Assembly: GCA_964234715.1 (NCBI GenBank)
Contig: OZ174277.1
Direction: 5' to 3' (one strand)
DNA: 64,000 nucleotides
DNA from: Podarcis melisellensis
Lineage: Eukaryota
The position numbers and the translations under genes were made by a program. Below are positions 1-11,898 of the stretch, one piece after another; position 1 is the first letter of the stretch, and every line of letters starts with the position of its first letter. The notes under the pieces were generated by a model. It did no database searches. It worked only from the letters and a program-made list of their open reading frames with translations, and was not told where the DNA came from.

Positions 1-30
1 ACACACACACACACACACACACATATATAT
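1..30. repeat. (AC)n/(AT)n microsatellite in ZBTB2 intron
   Basis: Seen directly in the sequence. Confidence 0.95.
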
Positions 31-208
31 TGCAGCAGTAGAAGTAATGCCTAAACCATGATAACCGATTTATTTTATTTATATGAACATGTATAGGATT
101 GCATTCTTGTATACTTAAAATTGTGCACTTAGTTGTATACTTAGATTATTGTAATCCTTCAGAAGCGTTTTATCTTCCTCTTTAATACTGTTTTGAAATT
201 TCTTTCAG

Positions 209-1574
209 TGAATGTGTCCGTTTGAAGGCAACTGACATACAGCCAGATATTTTCAGCTATCTCTTACATTTGATGTACACTGGAAAAATGGCACCTCAGC
301 TCATAGATCCTGTTCGATTGGAGCAAGGAATAAAGTTTCTGCATGCGTTCCCGCTTATTCAAGAGGCTAGCCTTGCCAGTCAAGGAAACTTTACACACCC
401 GGAGCAGATTTTTCCATTGGCATCTTCATTATACGGTATTCAGATTGCGGATCACCAGGCAAGAAATTCCACAAAAGCAGCCGCCACAACTGACAAACCT
501 GTTCGAGGACCAAGGCCACAGTCATCAAGAGCAAATCAAGAACAGATGCATGAAGCCACCCAACTGTCACAGATACCACCACCACCGCTGCCTCAAGTGC
601 CCCCAACAAATATGTCCACTTCAGACCCATTACAGCCTCCATTGTCTCCTGAACTGGTTTCTACTGCTCCTCATCCTTCTCCTCCAGGTGATGAAAACAA
701 CATGGAAGCCTCCTCCTCAGATGATCAGCCTGCTTCTCTCACAATTGCGCACGTCAAGCCAAGCATTATGAAAAAGAACGGAAGCTTCCCCAAATACTAC
801 GCTTGTCACCTCTGCGGTCGGCGATTCAATTTGCGAAGTAGTTTGCGTGAGCATCTCCAGATTCACACAGGGGTGCCTTTCTCATCAAGCCCGCACGGGG
901 AAAGTAGCGTTCCTTTATCTCTTTGTAATAACGCTCCTGAAAAAGATTCTATGGAAGTTGCTGAAGCTGGAATGATTAGCGATAGCGAGCTGCAGCAGAT
1001 CTCGGATTCACCCATCATTGATGGACAACCGCAGGCTGAAACACCGCCACCCTCTGACATTGCTGACATAGACAACTTGGAGCAAGCAGATCAAGAAAGG
1101 GAAGTTAAAAGGCGGAAGTACGAGTGTTCCATTTGTGGGCGCAAATTTATTCAGAAAAGCCACTGGAGGGAGCACATGTACATTCATACTGGCAAGCCTT
1201 TCAAGTGCAGCACCTGTGACAAAAGCTTCTGCCGGGCCAATCAAGCTGCTCGACATGTATGTCTAAACCAAAGCATGGACACCTACACCATGGTGGACAA
1301 GCAGACTCTGGAGCTTTGTACTTTTGAGGAAGGCAACCAAATGGACAACATGTTGGTACAGACCAACAAACCCTATAAATGCAACTTGTGTGACAAAACG
1401 TTCTCCACGCCTAATGAAGTCGTCAAACATTCGTGCCAAAGTCAGAACTCTGTCTTTACTCTAGACGAGGATAGATCCATTTTGCTAGGTGGTGGGGATG
1501 CTGAAACCACAGAGAGTGACCATTCGGTCTTAGACTCTATCAAAAAAGAACAGGAAGCAGTGTTGTTAGACTGA
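209..1574 (+). CDS. ZBTB2: ZBTB2 terminal coding exon (end of BTB domain plus four zinc fingers)
   Basis: Acceptor tttctttcAG at 207-208. The frame reads ECVRLKATDIQPDIFSYLLHLMYTGKMAPQLIDPVRLEQGIKFLHA, recognisably ZBTB2 BTB. It has C2H2 fingers CHLCGRRFNLRSSLREHLQIH and CSICGRKFIQKSHWREHMYIH, two C2HC-type fingers, a C-terminal IKKE, and TGA at 1572-1574. The ORF-track start at 222 is an internal TTG. Confidence 0.96.
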
Positions 1575-3235
1575 CTGTGAGGCTCATATCATTATTATTT
1601 TTTAAGAAAACAGTTTGTCTTACTCATTTTTACTAAACCAATCCTCCTCCCCTCCCCACAACCATAACTACACTGACATGGAAGGAAGTCTGGCTCTGTT
1701 CCTTTTTCCAGCAAAAGTATAAAATTAATAAAGGGTGTTGTATCACATTATAACAATTGATTTTAACCAAGAAGAAAATGTATAAGGGTAACTCAGCTAA
1801 CTATGTGAATAATGCTAAAATGCATCTGTAACATACTCTAAGCGAGTTCTGAGACTGTTTCTAGATATATATATACTTGAATGCAGTGAGATGCAATGTG
1901 AGAAGAAGACAGAAAGGAAACTAAACATGTTCATTAAACTACAATATTTTCTCTCAACAAATAGCATTTTGAGGGAATACCGAAGATACAAAATTCACAC
2001 GGTTACACACCTATAAGCTGTGTAAAGTTGTCATTTTACAAAAGCTTGGAAATTCCCTTAATGAACCAAGAACACTATTTTAATCCACATGATTATTGTC
2101 AAGTGTTTGTTTCCAGGTAACTTCATTGACATTATGTCCATTAAAAATGTATTATTAAGGCTTGACTCCAAGCTCAGTGTCTTGGTAGTCAACCCCACTA
2201 ACTGCAGTGGGACTTAAAACTTCCAGATAAATGTGTTTAGGACCAGATTTTGCTAAAATAGCAGTAATAATGTGATGGCAATCGTTTTATATGCATAAAA
2301 ATGTATGTATGTGTGTGTATGTACTTCAGGTAAATGCAGGTAAAATGTGTGCATGCACCCTTTCCAAACTGGCCACTGCTTGTAACGTCTCACAAATTGG
2401 TCCTTTTTAAAAGCATATTTACATTTGAATTGGTACAGGGTGTATGCATTTTTTTTACCCTGCTGACTAGTAATTGATAATGATGAACAGTGCTATCACC
2501 CAAAACGTGAAGGAAATCAGAGATTAGAAGAATTGTACATAGTGAGCCCTGTGCTAAATGTGGGAATAATAGATTTGAGCCTTTATAGTGTAACTGAAAA
2601 AGGAAAAACATTGTGGCTTTTTTATTTTATCAAAGCAGCAATCTGAGTTTATGTGATTAACGTAGGAATTAAGGGAAAGGAAATCTGGTCTTAAATAATA
2701 TTTAGCTACTGGCATCCTCTTGTAACATAGCAAATGGTATAATGATGAAACTGTATCATGGTTGGTTTTTAAGTAACAGTGCAACATTGAGTGGAAAGCT
2801 ATATATTCTTTATGTTCCTTCAATTTGGGCACCAGTCAAAGTGCAAAAAGAAACAAAGGGGACAGTGTACATTCAAGTTTCTGCTCTGGATAGTACCGTA
2901 TGCAAATTTAAAATCAAGTTGCTGATTTTTATCTTTTTAATATATAAATATAATAATATTCTCCAATAGTATAAATAACCTGAGAGGAGGGAGTCCATTG
3001 AAAGGTCAATTGTCCTGGTGGGAAAGTTTCAATAAACAGGCATTCCACCAGAAATGGGGGCAGTGTGTGTTTTGATGGGGGAGAGAGAGGCAGATACAAA
3101 TCTGCTTTTGTATACATGTTTTATTTGAGTATCATCCTATTTTGTGTCTAGTTATGTTTTCCAGTTTGTAAGTTTTTATACATTATTTTATGGAATAAAA
3201 AAGGTATAAAATAAAATTTGATTTTTGTCAAGTCA
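1575..3235 (+). other. ZBTB2: ZBTB2 3'UTR (end approximate)
   Basis: AU-rich sequence following the stop codon, ending at paired AATAAA hexamers. Confidence 0.7.
3194..3215 (+). terminator. ZBTB2 polyadenylation signals (AATAAA at 3194-3199 and 3210-3215)
   Basis: Two AATAAA hexamers followed by a T/GT-rich tract. Confidence 0.65.
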
Positions 3236-3293
3236 AAGGTGATTGAATGTGAGCTGATCATATGTATATGCTGTGCAGATCTTAGAAATGGAC

Positions 3294-6200
3294 TCAACAT
3301 GCAGCACGAGGCTGTTGGGGGCCAAAGCAGCAGGAACAACTGATGTGGGAAATGTGTGTGTTTGCGAGGGGAAAGTCTATGCAATTCGCGATCATGGGCC
3401 TCTTATGTCCCCAAATTACTGCACTGCACAGCCACTCTGGAAAGGAACACACAGAATGTAACTGTTCTGTCATGGGCCTATGCTTGCATCAGATCAAGCG
3501 TGTGAAGGCATAGAATCAAACTATAAGGCTTTCGCTTTAAAAAGTTGAAGGACTAGAGGTAAGTATGTTCTTAAATAGTTATCAGGTTTCATGACTGCAG
3601 CTCAGAGTCCACAAAGAAAAAATGTGTAGTCGCCATGTTTAAACAAAATTCCTGGTCCAGGAAGCTGCATGTGAAGCCCCATACACAGAGTGTGTCCCCA
3701 CTACCCTTTACTCCATTATCATTTGCTTGGACCCCAGAAATTTAAAAAGCACACTGCCTCACTCTCCTGACAGACCCCCACTCCAGAAAATGTCAAAGCT
3801 AGCCTACGTGTGAGCTATACCAATTCAGACTACAAGGACATGTGTTGCATGTTTAAACCAAGCTCCTTTTAGGTACAACAGGGAATAAGGGGCTAGTTGA
3901 GCCCCTTCCTTGCTGTGCTATTTATAGGAAATAATTTACAAAGTGGCGCAATAAAATACATGTTTTGCCACCTGCAATTTCAAGTGGTCCAGGTTGGCTG
4001 TTCACCGCAAGGATCTACTCAGACCCACACAGCCTCACTGTAGTCAATGGAACAAATTACTTGCTGCCTATTACATTCCAGGCTCCATTTAACTTATAAA
4101 GTGCTGGCATTAACCTTCACAGCTCTATAAAGAGTTTTGGGCCTGGCTACTTAGAAAGATCACCTGTACCTCTAGGCACCTAACCTTTTAATCTGCTCTG
4201 GTTCACTGGTGAAAGAAGTTAAGTTTGTACCATGACGGCTGTATATCTGGAATGCCTTCCACAGGCTAATTTGAACCCCCCCCCCTTTTTGATGCACTCT
4301 AAAAGATCGACTAGAAGTCTATTTAAAAAAACCTCAAAGTCCCACTGCTTTCAAAGGGTCTTACACCTAGATAGATGCAAATGATTGCTATCTAAGGGTT
4401 AAATTCAGTGAAAAGCCATGGAAAGGTACTTGTAGACTTCCCCAACCCCCCTTTTTCCCTCCCCAAACCTGTTGGCAGTTCAAGGCACTTGGTGAATGGG
4501 GTAGCTTGTGGCACAGTGAAGCTTGTGGAGGTGGTGAGATCTAAAAATCAAATGGGCTACTTAAGAGGAGACACTTTTGGGGGGGTGGATTGGGATCAGG
4601 GACTGACCACATTCTCAATTTTTCTCTAAAGTCACCATTTTAGCTGGATTGGGTCAGTGTACGTTTACCTTTAGGTTCAGTGATATGATTATTCTAATTG
4701 TAATATAATTGCCCTTTTGGCATGTTCATAAAGCTTGCAGAGATTGTACCGAGCATCTCGTCAAGTCTATTGAGTTGAAATAGCAGGGTTTGTTATGCGA
4801 TACGTTTCTATTGCAAAAGATGTCTGCATGCATAAGGGCAGGATATCATGGGCATGCCAAATCCAATTCTTCATTTATTCTGCATTAATCTAATCTCATT
4901 GAATATTTGCTTTGTACTAGTAGGCAGTAAGGACTTGGCTCTCCAAAATCCTTTAGGAACGACAAGCTATTTGAATGACAGTGAATTAAAGAGGAACTAA
5001 ACTGCATAGAGTGCAAATGTTATTGGGACAGATATTATAAAGACAATACTAATGCAAAACAGAAATGTTTCCATTTCTAGATGTTCACATTCTAAGAACC
5101 TAAGCTGCTGCACTGTCCAGAAATGTGGATGGGTTACAACTGCTACACCATTGCACAATTAGTGCAAACACACCAGATGCTCTTCTGCAAGTCTTCAGAA
5201 TTGCTGAACATGCTCCATTGGTAGCAATTTTCATAAATGAAACAACTGCACAAAATCTTACTGTAGCTGCATTAGTGTGGATCATATGGTGGATTGCTTC
5301 AACGCTTGCTGCCAGTGTATATTTAGCAAGGGTTTTTGCAACAATATCATGAATTCTTTCTATGTAATAAAAATGCAGATAATCACCTGACCCTAAATAT
5401 ATGTACATAAAAGCATGTTCCACTGAGAATTTCAGAGTAACTGTTTAGGATTGCAAAAAGCAAGTGATACTAAAACCCTACAACCACAATTTAGTCTTAA
5501 ACCAAAAGGTTTTGGTATTTCCGAGATGCCCAGGCTGCAATTTGGCATTTAAAGCAGTAGGGAATCCCATAGCTTTATGTGCACCTGAAAATGCTTCTGC
5601 AAGTGGTCCTTGTCACAAGCCAAAGCCTGATTTTCCCTTACCCAGTTGGTGCATTCCACCATTTCTTGGGATCAATGGAGTAATGGTGTTATTTCATGGG
5701 CCCCTCAGCTTTCAGGAAAGATGAATGCTAGTTTCCTGGCTAGAAGTTCTCAAAGTTGTTCTTCTCAGGTACAAATCCCATCAGTATGATGACAAAGAGA
5801 CTACAAAGAACAGCAATTATAAGAATGACAAAGGACACAGTGAGCATGAATTGTGTTTGTATTTTATTTAGTCCATGAAAATCTACCTTAAAAACAACAT
5901 ATAAAATCAAAGTATCGGTTAATCCAATACATTGGATTAAGAAGAAACTGCAAAAGCTTGGAGTTGTGGCACAAGCTAAAAGTTTGCAGCCTCGTCTTGA
6001 GTATTTCTGAGGCCAAAAGCAATACACTGTAACAAAGCAGTATCTGTGTATGGAGACATGCTCCCTGCACCATGGGAAAAATCTATTGGTGCTTTTGGTT
6101 TTTGGAGACGGGTCAGTTAAAAGCAGAAATATTGGTAATGTGATTTGTGTTCTTTGCATTGCTTAGAAAGGCCCTAGATCAGTATTTTTTTTTAAAAAAA

Positions 6201-7651
6201 CCAAGCAAGAACTAAGCGCTTGTTCCCCAACTTCTAGCCAGGTAATTTACATTGTGATTACTAGGTTTTATTTAAATGTTTAGATAACTTTACATATTTA
6301 TTAACAGCCTCAGAGCTATAAAGATTAGAACCAGGATAACATAGGCCATGCCACTGTTTTATTATTATTATTTAGCTTGTTGCAGCTACTGCAAAATGGC
6401 TTTCCATACACACGTTACATTTCACAGCGGGTTTTCCATTTGCTTAGCACTGTAAAACAGGGCTGTGAAATTCACAGGCCCTGTTTTATGGCCTGCCGGG
6501 TGTGAGATAAACTTCTTTCAAGGTCCCCTTCAGCTATGAAAGGTTCATCAAGCATCTACTAAACCCATGACTGGTAGGCCATGTGAAGTTCAGGGACAAT
6601 GACTTTGACAGACTTGTTGTAAAGCACACAATGAAAGTGATCAAAATAGCATTTGGCAATCAGAACAAACTTTCTAATTCATACTCTAACTGGGGAAGCT
6701 GCCACTAAGGTGGGGGAGAACCAAAGATTCCCCCAAATAATTTTGGAACACACCATGTTACTGAATGTTTTACACATTTGTACACATTGTAGACACACAC
6801 ATGGAATACATCTAACTGATCCACAAACAAGCGGCTACCTGTATTTCTTTTTTTTTCTTCTTGGAGGCCATTGAGCGTTAACCTTCAATACTTTTTAAAG
6901 TTTCCATTTTGCACTGAATAAACTAAACTTTCTTACAAATTCATTCATATCAAGAAGTTCATATTTTATCACACTAAGTCCAGAAGGAGGCACGTGCTAA
7001 CTTGTGTACATACATACACCATCTACTTTTCAGGGAGACAGATTTCTGCGGTGCTATTCACCAGCTCACTGTTTTGCTTAGTAAAGAGGCTTCATGGACT
7101 AGCACTCACTAGGAGTGAAAGGGTTACTGGTTTTGATTATTCTCTCCTACCATGTCTTACAAATGTAAGACACATTGATCCCAAACTTGATCCAAACTGA
7201 ACAAGCAAACTGCTCACAAAAGTGGTATAATTGTGTGGTGGGGGGGAGGCCATCATTTTGGAGAAAAGTTAGCAGATACATGGAGAGTCTTCAGTTGATG
7301 GGCCTAGGGAGGTGGGTTGAGAGAGAATACCTTGCCACTGTTACACTGTGTGTACTAGCTGCAATCAAGAGACAGAGATGGAGGAGGCTTACTAGCAAGC
7401 AGCTGCCATCTGTTCTGGCAGCACTGCTCAATAGCTGCCAGTAAAAAGATGGGAGAACCCACCCACCGCAATTTACTATTCAGTACTTCCTGGCCCAACT
7501 CATGGGCTAATTTGAAAGCTAAACAATCATCCAGGCTGCCAGTTTGGCAACTCTGTAATCCAAAAGGGTTCAATGATTATACCAAAATGATGATGTTATT
7601 TCTTGCACTGTGACACCAGTGGATCTTCGTCAACGAAGGTAGTAACTGAAA
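3294..7651 (-). pseudogene. Candidate multi-exon unitary pseudogene (type II TM protein, Cys-rich C-terminus); putative exons 7651-7331, 5886-5642, 5359-5100, 4823-4669, 3436-3294
   Basis: Each segment has an AG acceptor and, except the last, a GT donor. Junction phases (0,1,1,1) are compatible if one frameshift is allowed in each of the first four exons. There is a 25-aa hydrophobic run (FMLTVSFVILIIAVLCSLFVIILMG) and Cys-rich translations. The last exon is stop-free: EWLCSAVIWGHKRPMIANCIDFPLANTHISHISCSCCFGPQQPRAAC*. No homolog recognised. Confidence 0.45.
4060..4270 (+). mobile_element. Decayed L2-type LINE 3' fragment
   Basis: tataaagtgctggcattaaccttcacagctcta (xKVLxLTFxAL-like) and ctggaatgccttcca (WNALP), typical of L2 ORF2 ends. 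Confidence 0.5.
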
Positions 7652-7829
7652 CTGAAAGAACGGCTGTAGATACCGTACATGTTTAAAGAATGGCGACTCA
7701 CCTTTCTTATCCACCTAGCTATTTAAAATTATTTCAGTTATATTTTGAAACGAACTGATGTATTAGTGTTTCACTTTTCTGATGTTCAAAGAAACCCTGT
7801 TGTCTTTATACCTTTTAAGAGGGTTTATA

Positions 7830-9734
7830 AAAAGCATTGTTTCATTTTTAATTTTCATAAATCGGCTACTTCATCGCAGAACTGCAAATTTTGCCAATAC
7901 ACTGAGAACATTGCATATTATTATTTTGCATTTTATTAGCAGAGCTGTTCCAGGTAAGTTAGATGAATTTTAAAAAACTCACAACTTTCCATATTCTATT
8001 TGAAGAAAGGCAGTATTGTTAGCTAAAAGTATTTCTAAGCTACATTATGCATACAGCAACCACTAGATGGTACTATTAGACCAGTGACATTTTTCTTTCT
8101 TTACTCATTGTGCAGCTCCCCAAAGGTCTTATTTGGCTCACTTAGATAATTTTCAAATAAATTACTATACATGTAGGACAATGAAGCTGCTGAGCCATGC
8201 AAGACACAGCTGAGACAGGTACGAAGGCTACAAAGTGCAATATAACTCGACTTTCTAGACATGTTTGGTGTCTAGAAGATCAAACACTAGATGCTTTGAA
8301 TATTTTAATTATCTTTCAATTATTTAGCATTTCAAGCCTGCCCAGTTTTATGCACAACCTATACTGACCAGTACTAAACTCTGCAATTCTCCATTAACGA
8401 AACAGAAGAGTGACTCCTGCTCAATGTTTCCTAAATTGTGGGGCTTTTAAAATTATTAATTAAGAGCACAAAGCTCAGTATAAGCCAAATTTTTGTTTAA
8501 ATCACTTTTCAGAAATCAGAGTTTTCTAAATGTACACAAGCATAATGAAATATACTTTCCTACTGAGGGGACACACATATAGAGCAAACATAATCCTTTA
8601 CTCATCAAAAACTTTTTGAAAATAAATTGTCTTGCTTCATGACATGGATGTTCCAAAAACAGGAGAGCATTAAATGTTATGCTAAAAATTGAACCATCTT
8701 TATTTTTCTTGATAGCTTCAAACCAGTTCAGCATTTGCCTAAAGTTATGATGGTATGAGAATTTCTTAAATGGACTAAGGGAAGGCTGAGGAAACATTGA
8801 TGGGGCTATTTATTTGTCTGGCTTCTAAAGACTTTCCACTTTCCCTTAGAATTAAACTGTACTCCGATAAATGTGAAAGTCAGTGCAGACTTTGGGAGGC
8901 TTAAGTACACTGAAATCTTTCTTTTTAAGTACACCTAACTCTCCATTTGAATGTAACTGACATATTTTCAATACACAATGCCATAGTGCTATGCTTATAA
9001 AAGGTGATGGAAAATAAAGTCCTGTTTAGTAAACCAGTAACACAACTATTCCAAAGCAAAACTATGCCTTTTGAGTATGACTTGTACCAAATCAAGACCC
9101 AATACAACATTGAACATGGTTCTCACACCATTCTACACCATGGAAAGCCAATGCAAATGTATTCTGATCTATCTGTGGCCAACTGTAGCTCACTCACAAT
9201 TCTTCCCTATTGGTCACATATTTTGTTTCTTTACCGGGTGAGACAAGTGAGATCATTTTCTTTCGTTCTCTTTCTTTCTTTCTTTTTCTTTTTCTTTCCA
9301 CATATAAAGAGGAGGAAATATACATTAAAATCGGATTTTGCTTGAAGATATACACATAAATACACAAAGAATTACAATCCAGTTTTGGAAGCACTGATAA
9401 AATGGGGAGCTTAAAAGATGCCAACTTCCTTCCCAGGTTAAGGTATGGATGTCATTGCAGCAAAAGTTAACACTTTCTGCCCCCCACTCCAACTCATCAG
9501 CAAAAAAATATAAAAGAATATTGTGAAGAGCAAGTGTTGACAATCAATAGTAAAAGATGACGGTTCAAGCTCCTGATGGTATCTCAGGATTGTCAGCTAT
9601 ATTTCTCAGAATGACATCAGACATCTGTTCTCTGTTCCAAATCAGTGACCTTCAACCCAATTAAACAGAATCCATTATCTTCTGCTGCTGCTTCAGGAAC
9701 TGGTCCCTCCAAATATAAAGACACTTTTCCAGAA
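7830..9734 (-). other. AKAP12: AKAP12 last (non-coding 3'UTR) exon; 3' end approximate
   Basis: Strong - strand acceptor tttttctttacttttgtttccacAG (AG at 9736-9735). AU-rich and TE-poor. Candidate polyA signals AATAAA (7937-7932) and ATTAAA (7852-7847). Mammalian AKAP12 also ends in a non-coding exon. Confidence 0.7.
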
Positions 9735-10085
9735 CTGTGGAAACAAAAGTAAAGAAAAATCAACAAAATCTTGCAGCCCGAGCCTTTTATGCAGAGTGAT
9801 GGCAGTACCATCATATTATAATGGACTTTTTCTATGCACATCATGAACCAAATCTAGATGCCACATCAATGGAAGCAGTCAGTAGTTAAGCATGATGCTG
9901 CTATGCAGCGGCTGGCAACAGTGGCACTATGTGGGAAACTGCCCAGGCTGGAGATGACTCAGTCATAAGCCCTTAAAGGCAGGACAGACTAACCGTTTGC
10001 CAACCTAAGGTAGCATTAAAAAGGGGCTAATGGTGTGTTTTTCAGCTTGGAAAAGTTAGCAAAATCTCATGACGTAAGCAGCGTA

Positions 10086-10311
10086 CAATGGTACATCGGG
10101 TTACAGACGCTTCAGGTTATAGACTCCGCTAACCCAGAAATAGTACCTCGGGTTAAGAACTTTGCTTCAGGATGAGAACAGAAATCGTGCTCCGGCAGCG
10201 CGGCGGCAGCTGGAGGCCCCATTAGCTAAAGTGGTGCTTCAGGTTAAGAACAGTTTCAGGTTAAGAACGGACCTCCGGAATGAATTAAGTACTTAACCCA
10301 AGGTACCACTG
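10086..10311. mobile_element. Tc1/mariner(pogo)-type MITE, family A
   Basis: TA flanks at 10084-85 and 10312-13; TIRs caatggtacatcggg / ccaaggtaccactg; same interior as 45066 and 59379 in opposite orientation. Confidence 0.9.
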
Positions 10312-10347
10312 TAATTTATTCCTGCCTCCAGCACCCCGCTATAAGGC

Positions 10348-10483
10348 CAGACTTCCTCAAACTCGGCCCTCCAGATGTTTTGAGACTACAATCCCCATCA
10401 TCCCTGACTACTGGTCCTGCTAGCTAGGGATCATGGGAGTTGTAGGCCAAAAACACCTGGAGGGCCGAGTTTGAGGAAGCCTG
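10348..10483. mobile_element. hAT-type palindromic MITE
   Basis: TIRs cagacttcctcaaactcggccctccag / ctggagggccgagtttgaggaagcctg; perfect 8-bp TSD tataaggc (10340-47, 10484-91). Confidence 0.92.
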
Positions 10484-10539
10484 TATAAGGCTGAATTGTT
10501 AACTTTCCCTTGCCAGAAGAAAAGGAGAATGCAGCGGTG

Positions 10540-10673
10540 CAACGGTGGGGAACCTGTGACCATCCAAATGTCGGACCACTGTACAACCCTTACTTGGTAT
10601 TTCACCATGCTGGCTGAAACTGAAGGAACTGAACTCCAATAACATCTGGACAACCACAGGTTCATCTTCCCTG
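10540..10673. mobile_element. Older copy of a related hAT palindromic MITE
   Basis: Degenerate inverted arms gaacctgtgaccatccaaatgt / acatctggacaaccacaggttc. Confidence 0.55.
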
Positions 10674-11898
10674 CAGTAGTCGGTAAGCAAAAGAAGCAGG
10701 CAAGCAGTGATTAGCTTTAATCGGTGTTTTGATTTGTCCGATAGTTTGCCTGTGATAGGTATGCTCTAAGCACAGCTGAGGAATATGCGGTTGACTCCTC
10801 TTTTTACATTAAGAAACCTATTGGGAGGCAGCCAACAGGTTTAGCTGCTATCTCACTGGATCTGATTATTGTGCCAGAGAGGACGTGGTTTGGCTGCAGG
10901 AACAGCCTGAAGATGCTGACTCAGCTCCCACCTGCGTACAAGGCAATGTGTGGGATGGTGGGATGGCGGAGGAGAGGCAAGCACACACAGCAGCAAATAC
11001 AAGCCCAGCCACAGCAGATAAGATTTAAGGTGGGGACAGCTAAAACAGCATTGTGAGTGGAGCAACTACATGGTGCTGGTCACTGGATATATCCAGAGGG
11101 AGAGGGAAAAGTGTATTTAAAAAAAGTTTGGGTAGCGATTAAAACGGTACAGTTAAGCCTCACAGGAACCTTATGGTAAGAAGAGTTTCAGACCACCTTA
11201 ATAAAGGGGTAAGAGAGTCAAATTGCTCTGAATATATCCTGTTAACCTGCTGCATCATTCAGGGGGGCAACAGACTAGGACAATGCCATAAAGCCATCTG
11301 TTGTAATTACAGAAATGAACATTTCCTATTCAGCCACAGATGTATATGGCTTTAAGTTGTGTGAAGGCCTCCTCCTCTAGGTTTCACTGTTCTTTTAAAG
11401 AACATCCTTTGAAAGTGATGGCAAAATAATGGATCTTCACAGGCTCACACATAGTTCTAGGCAAAAAGAATGGGTTAGTACAAGCAAGCCAGCATGCTGG
11501 TGCACATTTAGAAAACCAGTTGTTTTGCACCTTTCCCAGCCCAGCTCCCATCGTGCCATTAGGCGCTAACCAGGCCGTGTGAAGGCAAGCATATGCACAA
11601 GGAGTCAAACTTTGTCCCATATTTGCCTGCATATTAGGGAAACTTGTTAACTGCTGGAACAAAGTTAAATTCTGAAGTTCAATTGAATGCAAAAGACGGC
11701 TTAGAGATATTTCTAAAAAAAATACTAAGTACAGTCTCTCAAACAAGAAACTGAAAACCTGTTCTAAGTCATTTGACAATGAAATATATGACCATAATTT
11801 GTAGTTCTGATAGCAAGTTATTTAGCTCAATTATCTAGCTTAAAAAGCCACTGAAAATAGTTAATTATTCTGAATTTAAATAGTACTTACATTAAACC

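Noticed and set aside
5125-5352. Hydrophobic 75-aa + strand ORF
   Set aside because: GTG start, and in register antisense to the Cys-rich frame of the candidate pseudo-exon; not treated as a separate gene.
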